Of a DNA stretch of 64,000 nucleotides, positions 37,989-47,445 are shown in pieces. The stretch is from an uncultured bacterium (GTDB lineage: Bacteria; Cyanobacteriota; Vampirovibrionia; Gastranaerophilales; Gastranaerophilaceae): contig CANENE010000002.1 of assembly GCA_947428835.1 (NCBI GenBank), forward strand, positions 16,901-80,900. Reading direction: 5' to 3'. Position numbers and translations under genes: made by a program. Each line of letters opens with the position of its first letter. The stretch's first letter is position 1. Under the pieces are notes generated by a model, which ran no database searches, was not told where the DNA came from, and saw only the letters and a list, made by a program, of their open reading frames with translations.

Positions 37989-38203
37989 CACCTCAGATGC
38001 TGAAACAAGTTCAGCATGACGTATGTGGACATTGGGGCTTGCATTCGTTATTATGAGAGTTTCTATAAGAAATTCAGGATATTCCAGAAAAACAAAATTT
38101 GCGCAATTCGTCACCCTGAACTTGTTTCAGGGTCTGACCAAGTTTGTGGCAACGCATAAAGTCAGTTATTGTTCATTACTTAGATGCTGAAACAGATTCA
38201 CTT
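37989..38203. repeat. REP/MITE-like repeats, copy set B (R, L, degenerate R)
   Basis: R is CACCTCAGATGCTGAAACAAGTTCAGCATGACG (37989-38021). L is GTCACCCTGAACTTGTTTCAGGGTCTGACCA (38110-38140, with tail AGTTTGTGGCAACGCATAAA). Degenerate R at 38181-38203. A separate 11-bp-stem hairpin lies at 37906-37933. Confidence 0.8.
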
Positions 38204-38270
38204 CGACATAATCACACCTAATTGTAAACAAATGTAACAAATAACTTTGACGAGGCAATTATTTCAATTA

Positions 38271-38424
38271 AATATACTTTATATATATGTAAGACATAAG
38301 AAACCTAACTAAAAAAAGATATACACACAAAACACACTATACTACACTACAACACACTAACCTTTCACACGAGAATCAAGCAAAAAGATTTTCAAGCCTC
38401 TTAAATTTAAGAGGCTTTTCGTTA
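38271..38424 (+). ncRNA. Candidate small RNA, copy 1 (shared 5' box, CA-rich body, conserved 3' block, terminator)
   Basis: AATATACTTTATATATATGTAAGA box. CA-rich ACACACAAAACACACTATACTACACTACAACACACTAA. 35-nt block CCTTTCACACGAGAATCAAGCAAAAAGATTTTCAA. Hairpin AAGCCTCTTA-N4-TAAGAGGCTT. A paralogous copy lies at 49449. Confidence 0.35.
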
Positions 38425-38432
38425 TTTAAATA

Positions 38433-40514
38433 TTATTTTAATTTAATCTCGTCTTTAAGTGCATTTATAAATTCATCTCTATACATAAATCCCAAATGCG
38501 AGCCATTATTAAAAAATGTTATTTTATTATCACAATATTTTTTCAATTCTTTAAGCTGTCCTTTTGTGTTTAAATAATCATCGATACTATGGAAAATTCT
38601 GTAATTATCAGATGAAATTAAATAATCTGAGATGGAAGCAAGACTTGTTGCTTTATTAAGTTCATCTACGCTATGATTTACCAAAATGTATTTTGACATG
38701 TAATCCCCGAAATTTGATTTATATATGGCATCATAAATTTCTTTTCTATCTTTATTTGGGTTTTCATCAAGCTCTATTGTTGAAATCAAATCGGATAATT
38801 TTTGATGAAAAACAAAGGCGCTTATCATTTTTGCTTCATAATTCGAAAAGGGAAGATTATTAAAATTTTTGCTGTATTCGTCTTTTTCGTTGTATGCTTT
38901 CATAACTTTTGCTGCAACGACTGCGACTTTTTCTTTATAGTCGTTGGGATAATTTTTCCAGCATTCTATAATCTTATCAATTTCTCCTATTGCATATAAA
39001 AGCTCAAACGGAGGGCATACTGCAATGAATTTATCTATATTGTTTGCTCCTGTTTCAAATTGTGAATTTCCAAGAAACAAAACCGAATATGCGCCAAGTG
39101 AGGTTCCTATTGCTGTTCTTGATAAAAATGTTCTATCGTATTTTTTTGATAAATAACTTATGGCGTTATTAATCATAGTATTTATATATTGTACATCATC
39201 TTTTATGTAACCTAATTTATGGCCTTTTTCAATACTTTTTAAAAATTCCCACTGAAAATGCGAGCCAAAAATCATAACACTATAGCCTTCATCATAAAAA
39301 AGCTTTGCAATGATTGCATTATGATTATTTTCGACGCCTTCTCCAACAGATGGGAATATAATTGCAAGAGGGCTTTTTTTATCTTTTTGAAGAAGATATT
39401 TAAAAGTATAAGGTTTTCTTCCTTTTGAAATTTCAATATTTGCGCTTTTCAACTGCTTAATAAAGCATCTGTTCCAAATAGAAAACTCGCTCCAAAAATA
39501 TTTTCTTTCGTTTTTTAAGTCAAATAGTGCCGTTCTCATGGAATCTGTCACAGGATGCTGGGGATTATAATTATTCAAAATAATATCTGCTTTTAATTCA
39601 TCATCGTTAAGGCCGCTAACTACAATATTATTAGTTGAATTATCATTAATTTTTCCTTTTACATCAAGCAATTCTTTCTTTTCCTGATTTAATACAAGGT
39701 CGATTTCATCATAATCATCTTTAAGATTTTCCAAAACTTTTTTTCTATCGTAATTTGAAAGCTTAATATATTTATCGACTCCAAAGAATTTTTTAGCTAT
39801 GTCATATGGATCTGAAAAATTACTTTCAACCATTCTTATCATAGGCTGAATAACGGTTGTTCTATTTATCAAAAGCCCCATTTTGATTGCTGCGGCAATC
39901 GGGCTTGCTATGTATGTTGAAGGATTTAAAAGAAAATCAAAAATTCTTCCTGTTATATCTCTGCTTGTTGTTGAAGATATACAAGGTAAAACCAGATAAT
40001 TCCCGCATTTCATTTTGCATTTTGCAAAAGCCTGCTCCATATCTTCGTTATATGCTTCAAGCTTAAATACTTTATAAGCAACATCAATAAGCCCTGCCGC
40101 GCCTAAGGTGGTATTTATTAAAAACCTTTTGGTTTCTTGTCTTACTGCATCAAAATCTTTTTGAAGAAGGGAACTTACTAATCTTTTTGGGTATTCGATA
40201 TTTTGATAAGCCAAAGAAAGTGCATCTATCACGGGATTTGGGAAAATAGAAGACCATAGAATATGAACAGGTTTTGCAAACATCTTATTTAATCTTAAAT
40301 TAAGATTAAATACTTTGCGGTTAAATTTTTCGTATTTGTCATATCCTAAAAATATATCCGAATACGAAGGATATTTTATGCTTTCATTGGTGTTTTTCAG
40401 TGATTCTGCAGCATAAATTACACCAATATTTGAATTTAGAAAAATAATTGAAACTAAAATAGCTGTACTAATAAATTTTTTCACTTTGTAAACTCTTCTT
40501 ATATAACTACACAT
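38433..40514 (-). CDS. MlaA/VacJ-like domain fused to an alpha/beta-hydrolase (lipase/esterase-like) domain
   Basis: Signal peptide. N-terminal FNRKVFNLNLRLNK...P..V...L.....N...P......LQKDF......RFLINTTLGAAGLIDVA matches MlaA. C-terminal half has a GTSLGAY nucleophile elbow. Confidence 0.7.
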   Translation of the reverse strand: MCSYIRRVYKVKKFISTAILVSIIFLNSNIGVIYAAESLKNTNESIKYPSYSDIFLGYDKYEKFNRKVFNLNLRLNKMFAKPVHILWSSIFPNPVIDALSLAYQNIEYPKRLVSSLLQKDFDAVRQETKRFLINTTLGAAGLIDVAYKVFKLEAYNEDMEQAFAKCKMKCGNYLVLPCISSTTSRDITGRIFDFLLNPSTYIASPIAAAIKMGLLINRTTVIQPMIRMVESNFSDPYDIAKKFFGVDKYIKLSNYDRKKVLENLKDDYDEIDLVLNQEKKELLDVKGKINDNSTNNIVVSGLNDDELKADIILNNYNPQHPVTDSMRTALFDLKNERKYFWSEFSIWNRCFIKQLKSANIEISKGRKPYTFKYLLQKDKKSPLAIIFPSVGEGVENNHNAIIAKLFYDEGYSVMIFGSHFQWEFLKSIEKGHKLGYIKDDVQYINTMINNAISYLSKKYDRTFLSRTAIGTSLGAYSVLFLGNSQFETGANNIDKFIAVCPPFELLYAIGEIDKIIECWKNYPNDYKEKVAVVAAKVMKAYNEKDEYSKNFNNLPFSNYEAKMISAFVFHQKLSDLISTIELDENPNKDRKEIYDAIYKSNFGDYMSKYILVNHSVDELNKATSLASISDYLISSDNYRIFHSIDDYLNTKGQLKELKKYCDNKITFFNNGSHLGFMYRDEFINALKDEIKLK

Positions 40515-40583
40515 AAAGTTATATTCAGTATTTATGAAAAAATTAATTAGCTTATTAGTTTAATTATGTTCTACAATCAGCTT

Positions 40584-42665
40584 TTATGCTACCCGTGCAA
40601 AACCGAAGATTCTGCTGCCTTCTGTGATTTTGTATTTTCTTTCATTGACTTTTCCGGATGTATTTCCTTCGATTGTATAAACATAACCGTCTTCGACTTT
40701 TGTAACTATGCCTGTATGTCTGCAGTTACCTCTTTTTGTATTAAAGAAAATAAGGTCACCTGCTTGTGCTTGTTGGGTATCTTTAAATGCTGCATTATTA
40801 TTTTGTGCTGCTGCATATACTTCAGAACAAGAATTAGTATTTGCTTTTAAATACCAATCAGGAAGGTTATTTATGCCGATAGAATCTTTCATCATTTGGG
40901 TTGCAAATGCCGAACACCATAAACCATCAGGGAAATCTACGCCATTATTAAGCATTCTTTCAACGCCTTTTTCATCAAGTCCGAGGAATTGTTTGGCATA
41001 TTCTATGATGTTCCCGTTAGGATTTAATTTTTGAGTGTCTTTTTGGTCATTGACTTTTGCAAGAGCAGTATTAACTTCATCTAGGTTTTGCTGGCTTGTT
41101 TCAAGCTCTGCTTTCGCTTGTTGCGTCATTTGACTTTGGGTTTGCTGGAGCTTTTCTTTGGAATTATCGTAATTTTGTTTCAGTGTTTGAAGTTGGGGAT
41201 TTGTTTCGCAAAGGTTTGAAACTTGTCCTTCGAGTGCTGCCATACCATTTTCAGGGTCATTTTGAAGAGCAGCAAGCTGTTCTTCAAGAGCGGCTTTTTC
41301 TTCTTTTAGTCTTTCGAGGTTTTCTTGCGCTTCTTGGGTTGCCTGCTTAGCTTCTTCTTGTTTCTGCTTAGCTTCTTCAAGCTGCGATTGAGCCTGTGAA
41401 ATATTATTTTGAACTGCTGCTTTTTGTTCGCCTTGAGCGCCTGATGCTGATGCTTGAAGAGACGAAAGATTGGATTCAAGATTGCTGACTGTATTTTGAG
41501 CATTGGATTCATTTGTTTGAGCTTGACTTAAAGCAGCTTCACCTGAAGCAATTTCAGCATCTTTGCTTGCAATTTGCTGCTCTACGGCTTCAATTTCCTG
41601 TTTCTTTTCATCCAATTTTTGAGCAAGCTCTTCATCAATTTCTTTCAAAGTTTCTTGGAATTTATCGTAGCTGTTGTCTACATTTTCCTGCAGCCCCTTA
41701 ATAGTCGGGTTGCTTCCATCTGCGATACCTGAAAGATTTGTTTTATTTTCTTTTACTTTGTCTTGTCTTGTCTTTTTCTCTTTTTCAAGCTCTTCTTTTG
41801 TCATGTTGGATAGTATTGAATTGCCGTCTTTGTCTTTTTTGGGTAGGCTTGAAGGAGTTCCTAAGCTATCTGCAGTTACTTTGCTGGATGGAGAGCTTAA
41901 CCCTGCCTTATCAGCATTTGGAGTTCCTATTTGTCCGTTTTCTGTTACTGTATTTTGAATTTGCTCATTAGTCAGATTTCTAAAGACACCATCTTGAATA
42001 TCTTGGGTTGCCGACATCAAATCTTCTAAAGAAAGATTGCCTTTTTGCTCATCATAACATTGAACAATATTTAAGAAGTTGGCAAGATTTTCGCTTGTCA
42101 CTTTGCCATTCGGGTCGCCTCCTATGACTGCCTGTTTAAAATCTTCATCTTCCAATAAATCATTTAAAACATCTGCCATAAAATCGGCACCTTCAATTTG
42201 GACATTGTTTTGATTTGCCCAGTTTTGAAGACCTTCGCCTGTGACATTTAATTTTGTTGGAGCGGTCCCATCATCATTTAACGGAGCACTTTCGTCGATT
42301 TCTTCCGTTACAAGAGGAGCGTCATCGATATTTTCTGTTTCTGCGATGCCTTCTTCGTTATCAATTTCCATTGACTTTTGTTCAAGTTCTTTTTCATATT
42401 GGGTAAATTCTTCATCGGTCATATCATTTACATCGACAAGTTTTCCGTCAATAAGCTCCATATCTAGAATATCACTCAAGCTTGCCATACTATCTGACCA
42501 ATTAAAATCAAATTGGCTTTTTAAATATTCTTTAAATTCGCTTGAATGGCTGAAAATACTGACATCTTTAATGTCTTCGCTTTCAGCTTGTCCTTGCCCT
42601 TGAATATCAGAATTTTTTCTTTCAAGATATTCAATAAAACCTGCTTTTAATACATTGTAATCCAT
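40584..42665 (-). CDS. Coiled-coil protein with a C-terminal CHAP/NlpC-P60-like peptidoglycan hydrolase domain
   Basis: Acidic N-terminus, about 300 aa of Q/E/A-rich coiled coil, and a C-terminal LWCSAF...GDLIFFN...RHTGIVT...TIEGNTS (Cys/His CHAP pattern). Start trimmed to the ATG at 42665. Confidence 0.7.
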   Translation of the reverse strand: MDYNVLKAGFIEYLERKNSDIQGQGQAESEDIKDVSIFSHSSEFKEYLKSQFDFNWSDSMASLSDILDMELIDGKLVDVNDMTDEEFTQYEKELEQKSMEIDNEEGIAETENIDDAPLVTEEIDESAPLNDDGTAPTKLNVTGEGLQNWANQNNVQIEGADFMADVLNDLLEDEDFKQAVIGGDPNGKVTSENLANFLNIVQCYDEQKGNLSLEDLMSATQDIQDGVFRNLTNEQIQNTVTENGQIGTPNADKAGLSSPSSKVTADSLGTPSSLPKKDKDGNSILSNMTKEELEKEKKTRQDKVKENKTNLSGIADGSNPTIKGLQENVDNSYDKFQETLKEIDEELAQKLDEKKQEIEAVEQQIASKDAEIASGEAALSQAQTNESNAQNTVSNLESNLSSLQASASGAQGEQKAAVQNNISQAQSQLEEAKQKQEEAKQATQEAQENLERLKEEKAALEEQLAALQNDPENGMAALEGQVSNLCETNPQLQTLKQNYDNSKEKLQQTQSQMTQQAKAELETSQQNLDEVNTALAKVNDQKDTQKLNPNGNIIEYAKQFLGLDEKGVERMLNNGVDFPDGLWCSAFATQMMKDSIGINNLPDWYLKANTNSCSEVYAAAQNNNAAFKDTQQAQAGDLIFFNTKRGNCRHTGIVTKVEDGYVYTIEGNTSGKVNERKYKITEGSRIFGFARVA

Positions 42666-42782
42666 ATTAAGACACACCTTTTCCCTATACTGTATTTTTA
42701 GTAACGGCATAATTCATATAAAACTAAAGGTTTTTAAGCAAAAATTTACAAATTGTTACATATTTATGTTATAATTAGCTTT

Positions 42783-43136
42783 ATGAAAGCAGTCGGAATT
42801 GATATAGAAGAAATTTCAAGATTTGAGAATAAAACGCTTGAAAAAGATTTAAAATTTTTACATAGAATTTTTACTAAAAATGAAATTGAATATTGTTTTA
42901 AATATAAAAATCCAAGCTCTCATTTGGCAGTGAGGTTTTGTGCAAAGGAAGCTGCAGTTAAGGCACTTTGCAACTTAAAAAATAAAAAAATTTCTCTAAA
43001 TAAAATTGAGATTTTAAATAGAGAAAATGGTGTTCCTTGCCTAAAAATTTTAGATGATGAATTTAAAGATTTAAATTTTCAAATTTCTCTTTCGCATGAA
43101 AAAAGCAAGGCGATTGCAATAGTTATTATAGTATGA
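42783..43136 (+). CDS. acpS: Holo-[acyl-carrier-protein] synthase
   Basis: MKAVGIDIEEISRF...FTKNEIEYC...RFCAKEAAVKAL...ISLSHEKSKAIAIVI. Confidence 0.85.
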   Translation: MKAVGIDIEEISRFENKTLEKDLKFLHRIFTKNEIEYCFKYKNPSSHLAVRFCAKEAAVKALCNLKNKKISLNKIEILNRENGVPCLKILDDEFKDLNFQISLSHEKSKAIAIVIIV

Positions 43137-43204
43137 TTACTTATTGTAATTTGTTTTTTGTGATAATATTTATTTAACAAAAACATCTAAAAAAAGGAAA
43201 ACAA

Positions 43205-43402
43205 ATGTATAACGTATATGTAAAAAAACAAGGCTCTTATAATCCGGATTTGATGGGAGAATTTTCAAAAATCAATGATGCAATAAAACTTGCAAATGAT
43301 TTAAAAGAAAAAGATGAGACAATTACTTATACAATTGAAGAAATTTCAGGACACTTTGATAGCTACGGAGAACCTATTTCAACCGTTGTTAAAAGAGGCT
43401 AG
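43205..43402 (+). CDS. Small hypothetical protein
   Basis: 65-aa ORF with a GGAAA-type RBS, tightly followed by the TPR gene. Confidence 0.45.
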   Translation: MYNVYVKKQGSYNPDLMGEFSKINDAIKLANDLKEKDETITYTIEEISGHFDSYGEPISTVVKRG

Positions 43403-43406
43403 ATAA

Positions 43407-45188
43407 ATGGATGAAAAAGATAATTTGCTTGAAAATGCCCTTGATTTAATAGTTAAAGAAGAATTTCAAGAGGCGAAAGTCGTTCTTGAAAATATTATTT
43501 CAAATGAGCCTGATAATGTTGAAGCATATAAAAACCTAGGTCTCGTTGAAGTTAATCTTGATAATCCTATAAAAGCAATTGAGGCATTATCTAAAGTTCT
43601 TGAATTCGAAAAAGAAGATGCTGTAAGTTTATTTTATCTTGCAAACTGCTACAATAGAATCGGTCAAAAAGAAATAGCTATTGATTATTTTAAAAAAGTT
43701 TGCAATATCCGCCCTGATTACCTAGATGCTTATAAAAGCCTAGCTATGATATATATTGAATACGCAGATTCCGCCTCTGCACTTGAACTTGTTCAAAAAG
43801 CGCTAAATAATAAAAATCTTGAAATGGACTATACTATCTATTATATAGGCGCAACTGCTTCTTTGATGCAAAAGGATTATAATAGAGCTATTGAATATTT
43901 AAAAGAGGGAATAAAATTAAATCCCGAACATTTCGGACTCAAAAATAGTCTTGCTTCTTGCTATATTGCACTAAAAGACTATGAAAAAGCAATTAAAGTA
44001 TTAGATGAAGTTGTAAAATCAGATGAAAATAATTCTCTTGCATATTATAACCTTGGAACTTGTTATCAGGCGCTTGAAGATTATAAAAAGGCTCTTGAAA
44101 ACTACAACATATCATATAAGCTTGAACCGACAGTTACAATGCTATCCACTCTTGCATTTTGCGCTTATAAGGCAGGAGAATTTGATTTTGCTGTAACCTT
44201 GTATCAAAATCTGGTTTCATTATATCCAAATAGCAGCGAATATAGATTGTCTTATATAGAAACCCTGGAAGCTCTTGAAAGATACAAAGAAGCACTCGAT
44301 AACGTTAATTTGATGCTTGGAATAGATGAAAAGAATGTTGTTTTGGTAAAACGAAAAGGTGCTCTTTTAAGGAAGCTTGGATTTCATGCCGAATCAATCG
44401 ATACTTTTCAATCTCTTGTAAAAAGAGGCAAAATTGATGTAGAAGTCTATTATAATTTGGCTTTTGACTACGTTGAAGAAAATGATTTTGATAATGCAAA
44501 AGAAATGTTTAAAAAATGCATTATGCTTGAACCCAATAACCCTTATGCCCATAAGGATTTAGGTGTTTTATATTTAAAGATGAATCTTTATGACTGGGCG
44601 CTTGAGGAGATGCTAGAGGCGATAAATCTTGAAGATGATATAGCTGAATTTCATTATTCGCTTGGTGTAACATATATGATGCTAAGTGATATGGAAAATG
44701 CTAAAAAGGCATTTTTAAAAGCGGATGAGCTTGAAAAAGATAATCCTGATAACCTTGCATACTTAGGTTATGTTTATCTTTTAGAAAATAAAAAACAAGA
44801 AAGCCTTGAGCTTTTAAACAGAGCCTTAAAAATTGACCCTAATAATTTCCTTGCAAAAGCGCATATTGCAAAGCTTTATTATTCAGAAAGTAAATATGAT
44901 ATTGCAAAAGAATTTCTGCTTGATGTTGTTTGTACAACTAAAGATGATGAGACAATGAATATGCTTGCCTGCTGCTATATGGAAACAGGTGAAGAAGAAA
45001 ACGCTGCAGGAATTTTTTCAAAACTTATCAAAAATTATCCGAATAATCACGTGATTTTGACAAATCTTGCAAAGTGTGAAATAAAAATTGGCAAAAAAAA
45101 TGAAGCAATGGAACATCTAAGACAGGCTTTAATGATTTTTGAAGATTATGAGCCTGCGCTTGAACTTATAAAGGAGGCAAGTATATAA
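43407..45188 (+). CDS. Tetratricopeptide repeat protein
   Basis: Multiple 34-aa TPR units (A..YYNLG..Y......A...Y..AL...P) across 593 aa. Confidence 0.85.
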   Translation: MDEKDNLLENALDLIVKEEFQEAKVVLENIISNEPDNVEAYKNLGLVEVNLDNPIKAIEALSKVLEFEKEDAVSLFYLANCYNRIGQKEIAIDYFKKVCNIRPDYLDAYKSLAMIYIEYADSASALELVQKALNNKNLEMDYTIYYIGATASLMQKDYNRAIEYLKEGIKLNPEHFGLKNSLASCYIALKDYEKAIKVLDEVVKSDENNSLAYYNLGTCYQALEDYKKALENYNISYKLEPTVTMLSTLAFCAYKAGEFDFAVTLYQNLVSLYPNSSEYRLSYIETLEALERYKEALDNVNLMLGIDEKNVVLVKRKGALLRKLGFHAESIDTFQSLVKRGKIDVEVYYNLAFDYVEENDFDNAKEMFKKCIMLEPNNPYAHKDLGVLYLKMNLYDWALEEMLEAINLEDDIAEFHYSLGVTYMMLSDMENAKKAFLKADELEKDNPDNLAYLGYVYLLENKKQESLELLNRALKIDPNNFLAKAHIAKLYYSESKYDIAKEFLLDVVCTTKDDETMNMLACCYMETGEEENAAGIFSKLIKNYPNNHVILTNLAKCEIKIGKKNEAMEHLRQALMIFEDYEPALELIKEASI

Positions 45189-45191
45189 CTT

Positions 45192-46205
45192 ATGGAAAAT
45201 AATAAAAAAGTAATAATGTCCGGTATGCGCCCGACAGGAAAACTTCATTTAGGACACTATTTTGGTGTTCTTGAAAATTGGAAGAAATTGCAAGAAGAAT
45301 TTGAGTGTTACTTTTTTATTGCAGACTGGCATGCACTTACTACGAAATACAATGAAACTTCTTCAATGAAGCAAAATGTGTATGATGTTGCTCTTGATTG
45401 GCTTGCCTGCGGGCTTGATGAAAATAAATCCGTTATATATCTTCAATCCAAGCTTCCTCAAACAGCCGAGCTTCATATATATCTTTCTATGATTACTCCT
45501 CAAAATTGGGTTGAACGAGACCCTACTTTAAAAGATTTGGCAAAAATTATGAAAGATAAACAGGAAAATGTTTCAGACCTTTCTTATGGATTGTTTGGTT
45601 ATCCTGTTTTGATGACAGCCGATATTTTATCTTTTAATGCCGATTTTGTTCCTGTTGGAATTGACCAGGTAGCCCACGTCGAGCTTACCCGCGACATTGC
45701 AAGAAGATTTAATAATATCTATAAAACCGATTATTTTGTTGAAACCAAACCAAAGCTTACAGAAATTCCTCTTTTAAAAGGCTTGGATGGCAATAAAATG
45801 GGAAAATCCTTTAATAACGATATTAAAATTTCAGATGACGAAGAGATGACTTTGAAAAAAGTCAAAACAGGTATCACGGATAGAAACAGAATGAGAAGAG
45901 ATGATAAAGGAAATCCCGATAACTGTGAAGTCATCTATAGCTATTGGAAAATTTTTGGAAGCGAAGACGAACAAAAAGAAATCTGCCAAGGCTGTAAAAG
46001 TGCATCATTAGGCTGTGCTGATTGTAAAAAGATGCTTGCGGATAAAATTAACCAAAGATTTGCTCCGATAAGACAAAAAAGAATAGAACTTCAAAAAGAC
46101 CCTGATTATATCAGACAAGTTTTAATTGAAGGCTCTAGAAAAGCTGCAATTAAAGCACAAGAAATTTTAGATGGTGTAGTTGATGTTATTGGAATGTATA
46201 AATAA
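45192..46205 (+). CDS. trpS: Tryptophan--tRNA ligase
   Basis: Class I HIGH-type (GKLHLGHY) and KMSKS-type (KMGKS) motifs. 337 aa. Confidence 0.95.
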   Translation: MENNKKVIMSGMRPTGKLHLGHYFGVLENWKKLQEEFECYFFIADWHALTTKYNETSSMKQNVYDVALDWLACGLDENKSVIYLQSKLPQTAELHIYLSMITPQNWVERDPTLKDLAKIMKDKQENVSDLSYGLFGYPVLMTADILSFNADFVPVGIDQVAHVELTRDIARRFNNIYKTDYFVETKPKLTEIPLLKGLDGNKMGKSFNNDIKISDDEEMTLKKVKTGITDRNRMRRDDKGNPDNCEVIYSYWKIFGSEDEQKEICQGCKSASLGCADCKKMLADKINQRFAPIRQKRIELQKDPDYIRQVLIEGSRKAAIKAQEILDGVVDVIGMYK

Positions 46206-46225
46206 ATTTCTAAGGAGTTTTAAAA

Positions 46226-47431
46226 ATGGATATTATAGAATTATTTAAAAGCCTTGCCGTTATTCCATCTCCAAGCTATATGGAATACAACGTATCTGAA
46301 AAAATAAAAGAATATACATATATAAATGGCATAAATGCCTATTATGATGATTATCAAAATTTAATCGTTAAAGTTCCTGCAACCGACCCTTCCAAAAAGC
46401 CTTTGCTTTTATCTTCTCATATGGATGTAGTTGGCGATAGTTCACCTGTTAATATAATTGAAAATGATGGTTTCTTAGAAACAGATAAAACAAGAACACT
46501 TGGAGCTGATGATAAAGCCGGTGTTGCCGTAGCGCTTAATCTTGCAATTTATCTTGCACATAATCCAAATATAGCCCACGGCGGCTTAGAAATTGTCTTT
46601 ACAAGAGATGAAGAAACAAATATGACAGGTATAAATCACGTTAAATTTAATGAGCTTGAAAGTGAGCATGTGCTTGTATTGGATTCTGATATGTTTGGAA
46701 ACTTTGAAATTGCAGGCGCAAGTTATACAAAGCTTGATATAGAAGTTGAAACATTACTTGGAGGACATAGCGGAAACGATATTCAAGATAAAAAACGCTA
46801 TAATGCTGCAAATCTTATAGCCCAATTAGTTGCAAAGCTTCCAAGTGGTGTCTATAAAAAAGAAAAAGGTTTTACCATAACATCTTGTAATCTAGGCTCA
46901 ATTGTTGCGGGGGCAACTGATATAGGACTTGAAAGGTTTATCAAAAACCCTCAAAGGCCATATTCAAAAAACTTAGTTTCCCTTTGTGCGGATAATATAA
47001 TAAATACTTGTGCTTTTGCTCACTATTCGCTTAGAAGTTCAAACAAAAAATACGAACAGGATTTAATAAATAAATTTCAAAAACAAATCGATAAATTTAA
47101 TAAAAAATACGGAAAATGGGCAAGTGCAAAACTTGTTGCAAAAAGTCATATGCCGGCTTTTGAAAAATCCAACGATAAAACAATGCAAAAAATTGCAACT
47201 GCTGCAGCTAAAAACTTAAATATTGATATTAAAATACAACCATTCCACGCTGGAGCTGAAACCCATATTTATGCAAACAAGCAAAACAAAAACAATATCA
47301 CATTTAAACCTGTTTTGGTTGGGGTTGCAAATATATATTCAATGCATTCAAACAATGAAAAAGTTGAAATTGAAAGTTTGAAAAAGGGTTTTGATTTTGT
47401 CAAAGAAATCTTTTTAGAGTACAACAAGTAA
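46226..47431 (+). CDS. M20-family metallopeptidase (PepT/PepD-like)
   Basis: SSHMDVV, LGADDKAGVA and FTRDEET metal-ligand motifs. Confidence 0.8.
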   Translation: MDIIELFKSLAVIPSPSYMEYNVSEKIKEYTYINGINAYYDDYQNLIVKVPATDPSKKPLLLSSHMDVVGDSSPVNIIENDGFLETDKTRTLGADDKAGVAVALNLAIYLAHNPNIAHGGLEIVFTRDEETNMTGINHVKFNELESEHVLVLDSDMFGNFEIAGASYTKLDIEVETLLGGHSGNDIQDKKRYNAANLIAQLVAKLPSGVYKKEKGFTITSCNLGSIVAGATDIGLERFIKNPQRPYSKNLVSLCADNIINTCAFAHYSLRSSNKKYEQDLINKFQKQIDKFNKKYGKWASAKLVAKSHMPAFEKSNDKTMQKIATAAAKNLNIDIKIQPFHAGAETHIYANKQNKNNITFKPVLVGVANIYSMHSNNEKVEIESLKKGFDFVKEIFLEYNK

Positions 47432-47445
47432 ACAAAGGAAAAGAT

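Noticed and set aside
37838-38114. ORFs of 68 and 61 aa (minus strand) here, and the 81-aa ORF at 56579-56824, which give peptides such as MLKQVQHD and LNLFQ
   Set aside because: They are translations of the REP/MITE-like hairpin repeats. They have no RBS, and the apparent peptide conservation comes from nucleotide repeats present in both orientations.
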